Origin: Basidiobolus meristosporus CBS 931.73
Lineage: Eukaryota > Fungi > Basidiobolomycota
Direction of reading: 5' to 3'
NCBI GenBank assembly: GCA_002104905.1
Contig: MCFE01000411.1
Span: 1-64,000 of the forward strand
DNA: 64,000 nt
Under the pieces are notes generated by a model. The model was not told where the DNA came from. It saw only the letters and a list, made by a program, of their open reading frames with translations, and searched no databases. Made by a program: the position numbers and the translations under genes. Shown one piece after another: positions 62,803-64,000 of the stretch (its first letter is position 1; every line of letters starts with the position of its first letter).

Positions 62803-63463
62803 ATGGTCAGCTTGTGGCTCCACAGAGGTTCTCAATTTCCTACTTGACTGAGAGCCTAAAGAGTCCGCATTATTACCCTCAATGAGCACACTGTCCACAA
62901 GGCATTTTTTGGATGTAGCCCTGCTTGTTGCACTGAATGTCATAGCAAGCTGTTGTCTGACCGTTCTTCTGTTGCCACAAGTAGTGAGGTTTGGTTGAGG
63001 GCCGCACAACTTTGCTTTATTTTTTGGTGACATATATATGGAAGTGAGTCAAATCAAATGGGAAAAAGTGTTACATATATGTTTGTATGTGGTGCCACAA
63101 CTTTAATTATAATGCTTAATATGGCAGGTCATCATTAAATCTTACATTCATGTGGGTGCAATGTTGCAAATACAAGACTGTCTTAAGTTCACCTGAGTAT
63201 TGACCAAAAAGTGATATATTAGCGTTAAGTTGTGGAAGGTCAAACTGTTTGCCCCATGGACAAGACTACTGTGACTCAACTCCATAAGAGAAGAGAAAAA
63301 AGACCATGTGGCTATTGTGGCAAGTCTCTCAAACATGAAGCATGCAGACAGCAAAGGAGGTATTACAAGGACCATGGCTAGTGTTTTGCCACTCAAGTCA
63401 TATTTGACCATTCATTGGTCACTACTGTACCAACATTATCTTGCAGGCCAGTTGATACTTCTA
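62803..63463. mobile_element. CACTA central fragment (ORF2 start on -, transposase start on +)
   Basis: Colinear with 36090-36740 and 54500-55160. Confidence 0.7.
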
Positions 63464-64000
63464 TGTTGGGACCTGGTGTCATGATCACAAGACATCCCTG
63501 GTCTCCAATTATCTAGCCATATCAAGTCAGTGAAGAAATCCCAGTTCTGTCTAGAAAGTTCTACTACATTCTAGCAACTTCTTGAAAGCTCCAAGTCAAT
63601 ATTACATAATGGAACATTCTATGGAAGCTTACCATCAGAGCGTATGCAGTACCATGCCATATATGGTAACTAAATGTCACATGACCTAGTCACACGATCA
63701 GCTGACCCCTGACATATCTCCATGTAATATTCCAGTCTGTTCTTTAGTATATTCTATCTTGGCACACTTACTGTGCCTCCCCCAGAACCACATCAGTAAT
63801 AGCTAATATCTCTTGGCATCCATATTGCCAAAAAGTATATATAGTCCTCTTCCCCCTTATGTATTCCTTGGTCTGATAAACACAGGTCTTGAATAAACAG
63901 CCTTGCCTTGGAAATCCGCCTTGCCTTGGAAACATATCTTGTCTTGTTGATCCACACCCAAATCCTTTCCTGGTCCTGCCTTGCCTAGCTCTACTCTCCT
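63464..64000 (+). mobile_element. Probable LTR of another family, cut off by the window edge
   Basis: CACTA homology stops abruptly at TGTTGGG; TATATAT (~63837) and AATAAA (~63892) follow. Confidence 0.45.

Noticed and set aside
18380-64000. Classical ascomycete RIP
   Set aside because: CpA is abundant; the lost dinucleotide is CpG.

Overview
Eukaryotic (fungal) DNA in two sharply different compartments. Positions ~1-18,400 are a gene-dense, CpG-rich block of intron-containing genes: PL14 lyase (frameshifted, cut off by the window edge), PDCD2, YPI1/PPP1R11, UTP11, tRNA-Arg(CCT), EMC1, PEX11 and G6PD/ZWF1, with one small repeat island at ~11.6-13.5 kb. Protein style and short GT-AG introns suggest an early-diverging fungus (inference only). 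Positions ~18,400-64,000 are an AT-rich, almost CpG-free pile of nested transposons. It holds at least eight pieces of one compact Ty1/copia family (348-bp LTRs, half-tRNAiMet PBS), several decayed copies of a CCC-ended CACTA/EnSpm-type element carrying a transposase and a divergently oriented unknown ORF2, LTRs from other families, a gypsy remnant, and three copies of a ~733-bp foldback (palindromic) element with 3-bp TSDs. The most striking signal is in foldback copy 2 (45368-46101): 265 bp of one arm exactly match the opposite arm, including copy-private variants, which points to recent arm-to-arm gene conversion unless it is an assembly artefact. All counts and alignments were done by hand; boundaries of decayed elements are approximate.
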